Source: the human T2T-CHM13v2.0 reference genome, Homo sapiens. Taken from it: 64,000 nt of DNA. Under the pieces are notes generated by a model that saw nothing but the letters and a program-made list of their open reading frames with translations, was not told the DNA's origin and did not search any database. The DNA is taken from assembly GCF_009914755.1 (NCBI RefSeq), contig NC_060931.1. One strand, written 5' to 3'. The position numbers and the translations under genes are program-made. Below are positions 41,771 through 55,340 of this stretch, in pieces (position 1 is the first letter of the stretch; every line of letters begins with the position of its first letter).

Positions 41771-43464
41771 GACACAATAGATTTTAAAGGACAATAATTT
41801 TACTACAGACAAAAAAGGACATGTTGCAATGATAAAAGGCTCAAACCATGAAGAAGACATAGGAATTGTAAACATTTATGCACCCAAAATGTATGACACA
41901 AAATTGACAGAATAAAATGGAGAAATAGAAAATTTAACAATAATAGTTGGGGACTTCACTACTCCACTTTACATAATGGACAGAACATCCACAAGGAAAT
42001 AGAAGACATGAACAACACTGAAAACTAGGCCTAATAGGCATTTCCACCCAACAACAGTGGAATACATATTCTTCTCAGTGCTCAAGGACTATTCCAGGAT
42101 AAGCCATATTTGCTAGGCCATAAAATAAGTTTCAGGAAAATTTAAAGGACCAACAGCATGCAAAGTATATTCTCCAACTACAATGGAATGAAATTAGAAA
42201 TTAAAAAAAATAAGAATTTAGTAAATTCTCAAATATATGGGAATTAAACAATATACTCCCAAATAACCAATAGGTCAAAGAACAAAGCAAGGTAAACATA
42301 CATGTATATCCATATTAATGAATTAATTTAAAGAATTTTTAGTCACATTATGGCTTAAAAATAATTTTTCAGTATTGTCCAAATAAAGTACCTCATTGCC
42401 ATGATGAAATTGGATACGGGAGATGTTAGCTTGCTAAAAATGACATATAATTATTATGTAAGAGGGACATTAAAAGGCTAACAATTAATTTTGAAGGATT
42501 AACATTCTTATTTTAGAAAGGATGACTCCTGTTAAGACATTCTTGCCTATACATACCTGCTGTTTGGATTTTCTTTCTAATGGAATAGACTAGTTTATAT
42601 TACTATCTATCTTATTGACATCTCAAAGCCCTTGGTTTAAATTGATGGTTCAGTTAGACAAAATCTTAACTTACAAGGAAAAGTTGTTTATGCAAGTGAA
42701 TTTAGAAATTTAGCTATCTATACTTTTAAAAACATTGGCAGTATATCTCAGTGGTATGAGATAGTCCACATCTTTTTATGGACTTTTTGTTTTATTATAG
42801 GCTTTAGTGCCATTAAGGGAAAACTATTTAGTTACTCTAGGAATAGCCAAACATTGTTCCCAGAAATGCTTGTGTTATGTCTGTCATGGTACATTGTTAA
42901 GTTCAGAGCACATGTGTTTAGGAGTCTCAATGCTGGCTGAAGAATGGAAAGGACTTTTATTACAAATAGTGGATTTTATTTAATTTTGAATTTACATTAA
43001 ATGATGAAAAAATAGGTCCTGCAATAATTTAGAGAAAACCTGTCTCTTCAGGGCAAGGACAAATCAATATTGAGTGTTTCAATTGAATTGATGCACTTTC
43101 AATTATAATAATCTTCATGGTAGTTGAAAGGCAGGCCCAAGCAAAAATCATGATATGCACAAAAATATTGCTGGAAGCACTATCTGCTATTAGCTATCTG
43201 CTCATGCTGTTTACCTTCACGGAATTTCTAGGTTCAAAATCAGCCATTTATTTAGAACGCCAGAGTACCCACCAAGGAAGCATATTGTATAGTTTTGTTC
43301 TGACGAAGCATGTGGCTAGAAAACACCAGAAATTAGAGTTGGGGTTACAAAGAGTCTATGCACATTTCTTAAGTCTGAGAGGTTTTTTTCCTTATGATAA
43401 TTCAGTAGATTCCTATAAATGACTCTTTAGTCACAAGTTTTTTTCATTTAGAAGAAAATTAAAG

Positions 43465-44719
43465 GTATTTAAATAAATAAATAACATGCCCATTACATGT
43501 TAACATGAGAAACTTTTTTAATGAAAGATAAACATATTTTCGAAAAAAATTTAGGAGAGTAGCAGTGTTTGCATTGTTGCAAATAGCTTTGATATTTAAC
43601 TTAATACAAGACAGCTGGATTTTCATATCTGCTTCTGCATGCAATCTGTAGCAATATGTGTTTCAGGTTGAGAATATGTGGAAAATTTGGCCTTCCACAG
43701 ATAATATTGTTCAAAGAGGAAGAAGTATTTTAAGAATCTTTGCAGACAATTATGGAGATTATTCTATAATACCACACCGAAACTTCAAAAGTAGTAGTTT
43801 TCTAAAGGTTGGTCGCAATGTAGAAGCTGACACCATATCAATAATTTTTAATACTCTTATTACATTAAAATTTGTTGGTCTATCTTGCACTTTGAATGGG
43901 CTTTTTAACCATGCTTGATATTGCATCACTCACTGGTCATTTGGAAAAAATGTGTGTCACTAAATTATACAGATTTTCCAAATGCTGACACACTTCATTG
44001 TACATTATCTAACAAAACACTTTCATTAATTACACCATTTATCTCATTAGAAAATTCTAAGTATTGACAAGATATCATGGTGGCCAACGCACAATTTCAA
44101 AAATTTAAAGTTTTCCTTGAAAGTTCTAATTTTATTAGCAACAATTACTCTCAGTTATTTTCCTTACCGTGACAGGCACTTTGGGTTCATTTTTGATAAG
44201 TTATAGGCCAAATACTCAGGTCTGAATAATCAGTTAATTGAATCATTCAAGTAAAAATGTTTTTCTGTTTTTAAGAAAACAGCTAGTTTGGCTTGCAACT
44301 CAAACAATTGCACAAGTACCTTTCCTCAGGACAGACATTGTGCATCTGTATGCAGCAGGAAGGCTTTATGTGCACGTCCCATCTCATCACACAGAATATT
44401 AAAAAGATGCATGCCCAACAGTTGACATTCAATAAAATTAATTTTTTCCTGTTTCATCAAGAATATTAGTAAATAAAATATATGTTGTAGGTTTTTTCCT
44501 AAAGGTGGGGGTACAGTTTTAAGGGATACAATGACTGTAAATACACTGTGATACCACTGCCTTGATTGTTGATAATTGACAGCAGCAGTTTTACCTGCCA
44601 TCACTTCTGTACCATCGGTGCAAATATCAACACAGTGAGAAAACATATAACATCTTAGTCTTCTTATGAAAGTCATTTTGATGCCCAAGAGCCCATGTGC
44701 CATGCTTTTTGAGAACTAG
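43465..44719 (-). mobile_element. Charlie1a (hAT-Charlie) with decayed transposase
   Basis: Minus-strand translation CVDICTDGTEVMAGKTAA resembles the Charlie/Buster DICTDGAxAM motif; cagctggattttcatatctgcttctgca; terminus tttgagaact. Confidence 0.85.
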
Positions 44720-45019
44720 TGCTTTATTTATATTTATGATGGAGCCATCCAATTTTAGAGATGCAAAAACATTAGGTACATAGGTTTTAAGAATTTTCAA
44801 ACTGAGAAAAAAAATTACAAAAATCACATATTTAGGTTTTAACCTGACTTCTGTGCTGTTCAGCTGTGAAAATAAAACCATGTTATTAATATAAATTGTG
44901 AGGGGACCAGTCTACAGCTTCTGTACTCCAAAGTACATTTTGCTAAATCAAGGTCATATCTAAAAGACATGGCTTTATTATGATAGTGTAGTTTAGAAAC
45001 ATTAAAACTTATTTCTAAA

Positions 45020-45673
45020 TTTATTTTAATTGACTATATAATGTATAATATGTTGTTTTGAAACATGTATACATTGTGGTGCAGCTAAGTTGAGATAATT
45101 AATTTATGCATTATCTTTCATACTACTTTTTTTGTGGCGAGAACACTTAGGAATATTTCTCTTGCAATATTCAATACTACAATGCATTTTTATTAGCTAT
45201 AGTCACCATGACGTACAATAGATCTCTTGAACTTATTCCTCCTATCTAACCGAAACTTTATATCTTTTGACCAAGAGCTCCCCAGTCTCTTCCCCACAAC
45301 ACTGTTATTAGTACCTACCCTTCTACTCTCTACTTCTATGAGAGTAATTTTTATAGAATTCTACCTATAAGTGAGATCATGCAGTATTTGTCTTTCTGTG
45401 CCTGGCTGATTTCACTGAACGTAATGCCATCTAGTTTTGTCCATGTTGTTGAAAATGACAGGATTTCCTTTTATTTGTTAAGGCTGAAAGGTATTCCGTG
45501 TATATGTATACATCACATTTTCTTTATTCTTTCTTTATTGATGGACACTTAGTTTCATTTCATACTTTGGCTGTTGTGAATAATGCTGCAGTGAACATGG
45601 CAGTGCAGATATCTCTTTGACATATTTACTTCATTTCCTTTTGATACATACCCAGTAGTGGGATTGATAGATC
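45020..45673 (-). mobile_element. L1MA (MA5-8-like) 3' end
   Basis: atagtcaccatg...tacaatagatctcttgaacttattcctcctatctaac...aagtgagatcatgcagtatttgtctttctgtgcctgg. Confidence 0.88.
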
Positions 45674-47370
45674 TCGACTGGAAATATTTTGTGCTTCTGC
45701 TTCTGTCCTTACATAGCTGTTTATGATAGACAATAAATATTAGGCAGATACCTAAACACTCTTAAAATACCAACAAAAAAACCTGTGACACCATTCTTAT
45801 AGTATTTCCAATTTTACTCTTTCTTTACATAGTACTTGATAGAATGCTGAGCACCCTGACTTAACACAATCTTAATTGATGTTGGTGCTACTCAGTTATT
45901 GGAATAATTTAAAATGTGCCTTTCTTGATCAATTAGTATTTTCATTACAGCTCACTTATTTAATTGATCTAATGAAACACTAAGCCTATTAGAATGTGAA
46001 GAAATCAAAGAGAAATGTAGAAAATATTTTATAAAATTCATCTAACATATCCACTGTGCTGTGTATTTTGCAGCTATTTTCAAAAAGTTTATGTCCATGT
46101 CCATGTTTTATTGACACACATACAATCGATACATACATTGCTTGAGATGATAGTTTCTTTGATGGCTATATCTTATTTCTCATATACCTGTAATATTTAG
46201 CACATAGAATTTGCATGACCAAAGTTTGTTATTAGTTTGAATTTTAAATTTTACTTTATGGGCATAAGTTTATGAACTCATTTCCAGCTGAGTTTAAGAG
46301 TTTTCAAGTGTCAGAGAGGTTGCAAGAACCAAATTAAAAAAAAAAAGTTGTTGCTGAAAATTCTCTCTTAGGCTCAAGAGCCTCAATTTTCAAATGTGGT
46401 TGATTTTAATTAAAGTTTAAAGAGAAAAAGAAACTATTGGAAAGATATTGGAACTAAATAATTCACTTGTAGTGAATAGGGAGTTTGTGGTTTGAGTTAA
46501 TAGTATTCATTACACTGATTAAAGGCAGTGAGCCATTTTGCCCTTGTTTATTTTCCAAGCCAGTGTTTCCAGTAATGGGGGGTGGCTGGTATTTGATGTT
46601 TTATGTAATGAGGTATTTACTGATGGGCTACTTTGACTTCTCTACTTAAATGGATAACCACTTGAAAGGAACTGATCAGAAGAACAGTTTCTTTTCTAGA
46701 GCTGGACCATTTATTCCAAACTCAGACAGTAAGAAAACAATTGAATAGCTTTTATTGCCACCAGCTGTGCTGTGGTTATTTGAACAAATGGAAGACTAAA
46801 GTAATGGTACAATCTCATTTTATACAGCATTACACAAAATCAGGATTCTTTTGCCTAATAAATATTGCATTTATAGTTACTTAGATTTCCATCATTATGA
46901 TGAGTTTGCTGCCCTTTGAGGGTTAATAAGTGGGTCTATCAAAGTTAAGTCTTCTGGAAGTTCAGGGAATGTGCTGCTTCAGGGCTTATAGCAAATTCAT
47001 GATTATTTGTTTTGCAGATATACACACATATATACATACACATATATGGAATATGTAACGTGGAATATATATAAATAAAACTCTAAACTTTGAAAAATTA
47101 TAGTTCCTCAACCAGGAATTCTAGTGATTTATATCACTTGGCTACTCTAGGGCTTTGGAAAAAATGAGAAGTGGGTGTTTAAATGTTTTAAGAGGTAATT
47201 TTCCAAGCAATTGAGCAGGTAGTTAAAAATACCTTGTTTTCATTTCCTTGCCTGAGAAAATCCTAAAGTCTAAAGGTTTAAAAGAGAGTAGAAGGAACTA
47301 CACTGAATTGGGCCTGAAGTGTATGCACCAGAAAAGAAGACCTTCACCACTCACCAGTCTCCAGAGTTTA

Positions 47371-47626
<256 letters not shown>

Positions 47627-47792
47627 GCATGGGAACCAGGATTGCCTCCTCCTAGTTGGGCTGCCTAAATATGCAGTTGCATGGTGATTGTTGGTGTGCC
47701 TTTTGATTCTTATAACTTATTAAGTGTTATCATTGAGGTGAAAAGATCTCTTGAGTTTGATAGAGATAAGCAGTCCACACAAAAGGGCTAGA

Positions 47793-48017
47793 CAGGGGTT
47801 TCTCAACCTCAGCACTACTGATATATTGGGCTGGATAATTCTTTGTTGTAGGGGCCTGTTGTGTTCGTTATAGGAGGTACAGTCATATCCCTGGCTTCTA
47901 TCTACTGGCACACTCAGCCCACATTGTGACAACCAAAAATGTCTTTAGGCATTGCTAGATGTCCCCCTGGGTTGGGGCACTGTGTAGTGGCAGAATGGTC
48001 CTTGTTGAAATCCACTG
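47793..48017 (+). mobile_element. MER20 (hAT-Charlie)
   Basis: caggggtttctcaacctcagcactactga...gtgacaaccaaaaatgtct...gttgaaatccactg. Confidence 0.88.
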
Positions 48018-48130
48018 TAATAGACAGTGAACTCCTAGCAAGTGGTATTGGTTCTCGGTCATCTGTGTATCCTCAGTGGGATATCTTGAAAGGGCCTGGC
48101 ATGGAGTTGCTTCTCAATAAATGTTTGTAG
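48018..48130 (+). mobile_element. L2 3' end
   Basis: tagacagtgaactcc...gggcctggcatggagttgcttctcaataaatgtttg. Confidence 0.7.
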
Positions 48131-49419
48131 AAATTAAAAAAAAAAAAAAACTGTGACTTAGAAAAGAAAGGGGATTTCTTTTCCTGTTACCTTCTCTGCC
48201 ACTGATTTCCTGTTATTGGTAGAACAGGCATAGAATAAAAAAGTTCAATGCTACATTACTTATAAAAAGCAAAAGCTCAGAAAAACTTCTGGATGCTTAA
48301 TAATATAGAAAAGGCCAAGTACATTGGTACTTTCCTTTGTGGGATATGGTACATTTCTTTTGTGGGATACTACCTTCATAAAACAGGTTGTCTATCAAAA
48401 GTTTAAACGTTATTTTTTCTGTAAAAAGTTAGGCTATAAACTTACATAATCATCTGTTTTTAATATGTATGTATGTGTATACATACGTAGTATATTATTT
48501 CTTGGTGAAAAAAGAGTAGGAGGAAAAATGCTAAATTATTAGTCATGGTTGCTTTTGGTAGTATGATTACATTTTATGTGCACCTTCTGAGTAATTATTG
48601 AGAAGATGCCTTCTTTTTCTTTGGTCTTCTGACAAGCTAAATAAAACCAATAGAAAACCAGCCAAGTCTGAGTGAATTTTATATCATCATTGGAAATGGA
48701 TTTTTTCATTTTTTAATGAAAAGAAAAATAAATAACAAGTTAACAAAATTTTCCCTTTAATTTTATTATTCGATTCTGTGTAACATTGTTAATTTGCAAA
48801 AATAAATTTAGCATTAAAATTGATTCTGTGTGCTAAACATAGCCTGGAAAAAATGCTCAGGGTATTTAGTAACTACTATATGGAAGTTTCTTAAAAGGTA
48901 GAAGAAATAATTTCTACAAAGTTTGTCTGTATTGCAAACATTGCAGTGTAATATTGATTGTTTTTCACTATTATTCCTTGTGATTATCTCATGGTAATGC
49001 TTTCTTGTAAAACGTGTAATTGGGGAAGAAAACATAGATGTTGCAAGTGTACAGTGTGATTTTAAAAGAATTACCTGTTTTCAATTAGAGAGATAATGTG
49101 GCTATATACCTGTATGTATATATACTCTATGTATTGATTTGTGTATTGAAGTGAGATTGTACCGGAGCTTTTTGTGAAATACTCCCAGCTGTCTTGCCTA
49201 AGCACACATTAGATACATACATTTTAGAAGGATCCATAACTTAGAACATTAGTGGTTCCCAGTTTTCCTCCTCACCATCGTGTTGGACTGAACAGCCCAA
49301 GTGGTATATGTATTCAGCCTGCCATATGTTTCAGTAAGAGCAAACATCTGGTACCAGTTTCCCCCTTGCTTTTCTTGATCCAGCTGTATAGACTAACTTT
49401 GAATCTTAGAAATGCTGCA

Positions 49420-49760
49420 GTCTTCCATTTCATGCATCCCTCAGCATGAAGCACATTTTTTTTCACCCGAATTCCTACATTTTTATTAAGCCTTAGTTTG
49501 AAAGCACTTCTTCAAGATGGGCATTTCGTGATGCCTTCTTCCTTGGATGCTAAGTTGTGCTCCTGACACCCCATGCTTCCTTTGCAGCAGCATTTTAATA
49601 CAGGATGGAGAACCCTCCTTTGATACCTGCCTTCTGCAGGAATCTATAAGCTTCTGTGAAGGCAAAAATCAGTCACGTCCTGTTCACCACAGTATCTCAG
49701 GCATCTAACAAAGTGCCCAGAACATTGATAGCATTTAGTAAATGATGAATGAATGCATCC
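49420..49760 (+). mobile_element. L2 3' end
   Basis: ctataagcttctgtgaaggca...tgttcaccacagtatctcaggcatctaacaaagtgcc...gaatgaatg. Confidence 0.7.
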
Positions 49761-50749
49761 ATAAATGAAGGAAGGAATCTGTTCCAACATCTTTGGGAGG
49801 AAAGAGTCAGAAGCATCAAAAATTAATTCTCAAATAATAGAGATTAGTACAATATTTGTTGAACAATAACAGCCATTGAAAGCGCATTCATCACCAATGT
49901 ACTGATTTGGAAATGTGAAGTTTTGGAAATGTGAATTTTAGTAATATCATAGATTATTATGGAATGGCAGTATTTCAAATGTTTATGTTTTACAGGATGA
50001 GTGCTAACTCTACCAGCAATTATAGTATTAACAGTTTCATCAAATATTTTCCTTGTTTCTGAATCTTACCAGTTGTGCATAGGTGCTTTCCTATTTGAAA
50101 GCAGCGCATCATTCAGCCTCCTGAATGTATTTAGACCTTGTAAGTATAATTAACTCTTTCTTGACAGGGGCATATTTAAGATTTTTTAAAAAATACATAT
50201 ATAGTGTGTTGCAGCAAAACCTTTCTAAGAAGGAGTCAGTAGGATGTAGGGATAATTTTTTTCTACAATAAATATTTCCAGACCCTTTATTTATAATCAA
50301 TATATGAATAAGGACCACTAAATTTAAAATGTTTAATGAGATGTGTATAGAAGGATCAAAAAGATATATTTCCACAGTTACAAAATGCAATGGAAGCTGT
50401 CTCTAACACTAGCTATCGAAATAAAAGAAACCTCGAAGTAGGCCTAATCAAAGATTCAAAATATGTTCATGTACAAAAATGATTTTTAATGAAAGTCATT
50501 TAAGAAGATTTAAATCAATGGAGAAATACTATTTTTATGGATTGGATAAGTCAATGTTATAAATTTGCTAATTCTTTTCAAATTGAGGTATGGGTTCAGT
50601 AAAATTCTAATCAAGACCTTAACAAATTTTTAAATAGAATTTGACAAGCTAATTCTCAGATTTATCTGGAAGAGTAAAGGTCAGGAAAGAAAAGACAAAT
50701 TTGAGGAGAAAGAATAAAGTGGGAAGAATGGCATTATAAGATAACTAGA

Positions 50750-50755
50750 CTACTG

Positions 50756-50791
<36 letters not shown>

Positions 50792-50880
50792 TTTCTTCCT
50801 CCTCTTTCTCCTCCTCCTCCTCTTCTTCTTCTTCTTCTTCCTCCTCCTCCTCTTCCTCTTCCCCTTCTTCCCCTTCTTCG
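50750..50880. repeat. Compound (CTA)n-(CTT/CCT)n microsatellite at the Alu tail
   Basis: Direct reading. Confidence 0.92.
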
Positions 50881-51187
50881 TTTTTTTTTTTTGTTTTTTT
50901 TTGAACAGGACAGGATGTCTGTTGCCCTCGCTGGAGTGCAGTGACATCATAACTCACTGCAGCATCAAACTCGTGGACTTAAGCTAGCCATCCTCCCACC
51001 TCAGCCTCCTGAGTAGCTAGGACTACAGGCATGCCACACCATGCCTGGCTAATTGTTAAACTTTTTTTGTAGATTTAGGGTCTCCCTTTTTTGCCCAGGC
51101 TGGTCCCGAACTCCTGGCTTCAGGTGATTCTCCCTCCTTGGCCTCCCAAAGTGCTGGGAGTACAGGTGTGAACCACTGCAGCCAGCC
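50881..51187 (-). mobile_element. AluJ
   Basis: catcataactcactgcagc...atcctcccacctcagcc; TSD core tagact at 50746 and 51188. Confidence 0.88.
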
Positions 51188-52000
51188 TAGACTTCTTATA
51201 AAGCCATAAGGTATATTGTGTATAGCAAAATAGACCAGACTGGAGAGCCAGAAAGGACTAATTTACACATAATATATACATATCTGAAAGAGGTGTCATT
51301 GTTGATCAGTGGGAAAGGGATGAGTCACTTAGTAAATGGTGCTGGGACAAAAGTTTGAAATTTTATCTTTACCTCATGAAAGCACAAAAGCAATTCCAGA
51401 TAAATTACAAATTAAAATTGGAAATGGAAATTGGAGGATATTTGTGTGATATAGGGAAGGACAGTAGTTTATAAACAACATTTTAAAAAGCACTAATCTC
51501 AAAGGAAGGGATTATAATTATGAACAAAAATGATGAACATTAAATATAACAAATAATTAGCATTCAGAATACCAAAAATAATATAAGTAACACAGTGGAA
51601 GACGGGACAAATAAGAATAGTTAATCCTAAAATGAAACCCAAATGTCTACTAAGCAGCCAAGACAAGGATTAGGGAAATGCAAATCAAAACTACACTGTT
51701 ATACAATTTTACACATCTATCATATTGACAAAATTGTGAAGTTCAATGTCACCAGGTGTTAGTGAAGATACGGAGCAGTAGGAAATTTCATAATTCTGAG
51801 GAATGTAAATTGGTGACACCTGGGAGAAAATTTCACATATATATGTAGTAAAGTTTCATATTTTATAAGGACCCAGAAATTCTATGGGAAGTATAATCCC
51901 TAGGGATACCTTCTCATATGTATACAAAGGGACATGTACAGGAATATTTATTCGGGATTGTTCATAATATTAAAAAAATAGAATCAAAGTGAATAGCCAT

Positions 52001-52438
52001 TCTATTAGTTCATTTTGTGTTGCTCTAACAGATTACCTGAGGCTGGATAATTTATTTTTAAAAATAGTTTTATTTGGCTCTCAATTCAAGTGGCTGGAAA
52101 ATTGTCTGCATCTGGTGAGGTCCTCATGCTGCTTCAACTCATGGTGGAAAATAGAAGGTAAGCAGGCATGTGCATAGATCACATGGTGAGAGAGAATGCA
52201 AGAGAGCAAATCAGAGGAAGCCAAGCTCTTTTTAACAACCTGCTCTCAGGGGAATGAATCCATTCTTGAAAGGCCAAGAACTCACTCACCCCCAAGAGAA
52301 GGCATTAATCTATTCATGAAGGATCCACCCCTATGGCCTAAACACCTTCCAATAGGCCCTACCTCCCAACACTGCCACATCAGAGACCAAATTTCAATAT
52401 GAGTTTGGGTGGGGACAAACCACATCCCAACTATAGCA
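52001..52438 (-). mobile_element. MST (MSTB/C-type) MaLR solo LTR
   Basis: tattagttcattttgtgttgct...ggcattaatctattcatgaaggatc...aactatagca; 5-bp TSD gccat at 51996 and 52439. Confidence 0.9.
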
Positions 52439-52789
52439 GCCATCAGTAGGAAAATGGATAAATAATTTGAGATATTTTTATGCAATGGAATATTATGTCG
52501 GTCTGAGAAAGAATGAACTAGGGATTGACATATTGTCATGGACAAATCTCAAAAATATGTTTAGGAAAAATAAGTTGCAGAAAATTATTATACTTTATCA
52601 TTTATATAAAGCTGAAACTATGCATAACACTGCTATATATTCTTTAAGGTTATGTACATATGAAATAAAACACAAAGACATGCTTCAGAATGATAAATTC
52701 AGAATTTCAGAACAGATTATTTGTGGGGAGGGATGCAATGAAGCTTCAAGTATATTTGTAATATATTTCTTAGGGATGGGGGCTGTGAA

Positions 52790-53852
52790 TGCCATTTACG
52801 TGACAGTAGCCCCAAATTTGTATGTCTAGCCCAGGCAGCTTTCCTGAACTTCAGGCATGTATATCCAGATGATCTGGTAGCCTTCTAGAATGGCCAGACT
52901 GAATTGCTAGCATTTCAGCAAAATTGCTCTACACACAGTGTTTCCCATATCAATTAATGACACTTACTTCTAATTGCTCAGGCCAGAAATTTTTGAAAAA
53001 TCATTGAATGTTGTCTTTTCCTCATGCCCTAAATTCAGTCAGAAACTCCTCTTGTCTGTACCTTCAATACATAAGGAGAGGCCTGTTATTCCTTCTCACT
53101 TTACAGCTACCCTCACAGATCTATATCACCACAATCTTTTGCTTAGATTTTCAAAATAGCTTCCTAATTGGCCTCTCAGCTTTCACCCCAGAAACTCTTC
53201 CCAGCCCCACCGTTTATTCTTAACACAGCTGCCAGAATGGTCCTGTTAAGTATGAATCATGTTGTATTACTCTTTTTCTCAAAGCCCAGCAGTGGCTCCC
53301 TATTTCTCTTCCAGAAAAAGCCAAAGTCTTAAAAGGCCTCAAAGGCGCTGTGTGGTATGGTCCTTGCCATCTGTCTCACTTCATTCTTTTAACTCTCCCC
53401 TTCGTTGAATTGCTGTGGTTGCAAGAGCCTCCTTGATGTTCACTGGACCTGCCTCAAGTGCTCCCACGAGACATATTTTATCCTTGAGCTTTTCTCTCAA
53501 TCTGCATGGTCAAGTACCTTTATGGGTTTGTTTACGTGGCCTTTCCCTTCCTCGGGTGTTTTCTCAGAAGTCACCATACCACTGAGCCCTTCACTAGCCA
53601 CTCTATTTAAGATTGTAACACTCTCATTCCATGCTTCGTTTTTGTTTATAGCACTTCCTATTTTCTAACATACCTGTCATTTACCTCTGTTTAGTGTACA
53701 CTCTTTATTGTCTGCTTCCCATGATAAAACATAAAGTTTGCAAAAGCCAGGATTTTTGTCTGTCTTATCCACAGGCATATCCCCAGCACCTTGAAGAGTA
53801 CAGGTATAGTAGACTCTCGGTAAACATATGTTTAATAAATGATTGAATGAAT
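52790..53852 (+). mobile_element. L2a, ~1 kb including 3' end
   Basis: aatagcttcctaattggcctctcagc...cacagctgccagaatggtcctgtta...ccccagcacc...taataaatgattgaatgaat. Confidence 0.88.
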
Positions 53853-54929
53853 ATGCACTTGTTTGTTATGTTATTCTGTGTATCTATAATGTAACAATTT
53901 AAAGAAAGCACCTGGTTGAGAAAGATGCCATGGTTCAGTGGTAGATACTAAAAATAATTGCAATCATAGTATACATTTTTATCAGATTTTATATCTATTC
54001 TTATACTATAGCTTGACTCCATTTTTAACCTGTATGAAACTAGGAATGGAATTAATGGTAGGCCAGGTGTGCACATTGAATAGGTAGCTCAGAGTAATGA
54101 AGGAAAAGGCAAGAAAGAGCTTTCCCAAGAGCAAGTGTGGTATTGATACAGTATTTCCTTTATAATACCCTTTAAACTCTTATATGGAACCTTAGAAAAA
54201 CACAAAACCTCCTATTTTCTACAAATACTTCAGAATGTCTTGCCTAATGCATTCAGTTTGTGTCAGCTTCTTGATATTATTTTAACACATCTTTCTGTAA
54301 TTGTTTTTTAAGTGTGGCACTCGAGTTTTCAGGAGTGTTCTGAGCTGTGATTGATCATCATACATGCATTTTGAATAGGGACATCTGTCTCTGCAGCATA
54401 TTATGTCTCCTGACATGCCATTTCTCAGCTTGACAGAGCACCTCTAGAGGGCATAGGCTTTAATAAGATAGAATATGTGACTTTTTTTTACTTCCATAGA
54501 TAGTGAGTGGTGTTACATTTTATAATGAAATAATGAATAGCTGAAGTGACAGCTTACCCAATTTGCCTTTCTTCGTGAGCCAAATATAAAACTAGAAATA
54601 AAGCTTATTCATTTTAGCCTGTCTAATATTTACTTCAAAAACATTTTAATAGGACAATATTTACTAAATAAGTTTTCTTGTATTCATAGTTGACAGTGAC
54701 AAAAATGGCTTCTTTGTCTTTTTCTCCTAAATTTTTCTCTTTTTATCCTTATCATTTTTTCTATACCTAAATTTTTCTTGCATCCTTTTATATGAGCAAA
54801 TTGCCTCTAATCTTGAAACATATAGTTTATTAATTTGATTTGAAATTTATTTTGATATTATTTTTACCAGTCATTCAGTAATCATAGATAGTTACATTGT
54901 TAAAAAAACAAAACAAAACAAAAAACAAA

Positions 54930-55340
54930 AAAACAGGCACAAAGCTAGATGAATGAGCGTTGTGTGGACTCTGCCCTAGAGGAGACCCAAGTTTAGTGTG
55001 AGAAGGAGATAGAAACAATGATAAAGTTTGTGCACTCCAGAAGAAGTAGGAGCGATCGCCTGCGGCACTGAAGAAACAGTGGCAGGCTCTGCTTGGATGG
55101 AGGACACTGGCCAAGTGGTCAAGCTGGCAGAGAAGGCAACTGATCCATGTCTTAAAAAGTGCATGTGCCTTTACCAGCAAAAAGGAGACGAGATGGGGCA
55201 GACAAGCAGAGCAGCAGGTGCAAATTGGAAGAGTGGAAGGTTTTGGCCTGTTGAAAGAAAGATGAAAATTACTTGTACCTGGAGTAGTAGGTGTGCAAGG
55301 TGGGAGGAGGAGGATGACAGATGAAGCTGGAGAAGTAAAT
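54930..55340 (-). mobile_element. L2 (L2c-like) fragment
   Basis: agatgaatgag...ctctgccctagaggagacccaagtttagtgtgagaag...agatgaagctggagaagta. Confidence 0.6.

Larger units (their letters stand above)
50440..52780 (+). mobile_element. L1ME ORF2 3' part / 3' UTR, interrupted by AluJ and an MST LTR
   Basis: aagaagatttaaatcaatggagaaa...agaatttgacaagctaattctca...agggaaatgcaaatcaaaactaca...aaatggataaata...tgcaatggaatattat. Confidence 0.8.

Noticed and set aside
44326-44703. 125-aa ORF with a hAT transposase-like motif
   Set aside because: Frameshifted Charlie1a remnant; no intact domesticated transposase.
50745-50957. Poly-Glu/poly-Val ORF
   Set aside because: Translation of a trinucleotide microsatellite at an Alu tail.
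55028-55324. Protein-looking 98-aa ORF
   Set aside because: Lies in an antisense L2 fragment, has a non-ATG start and no convincing splice sites.
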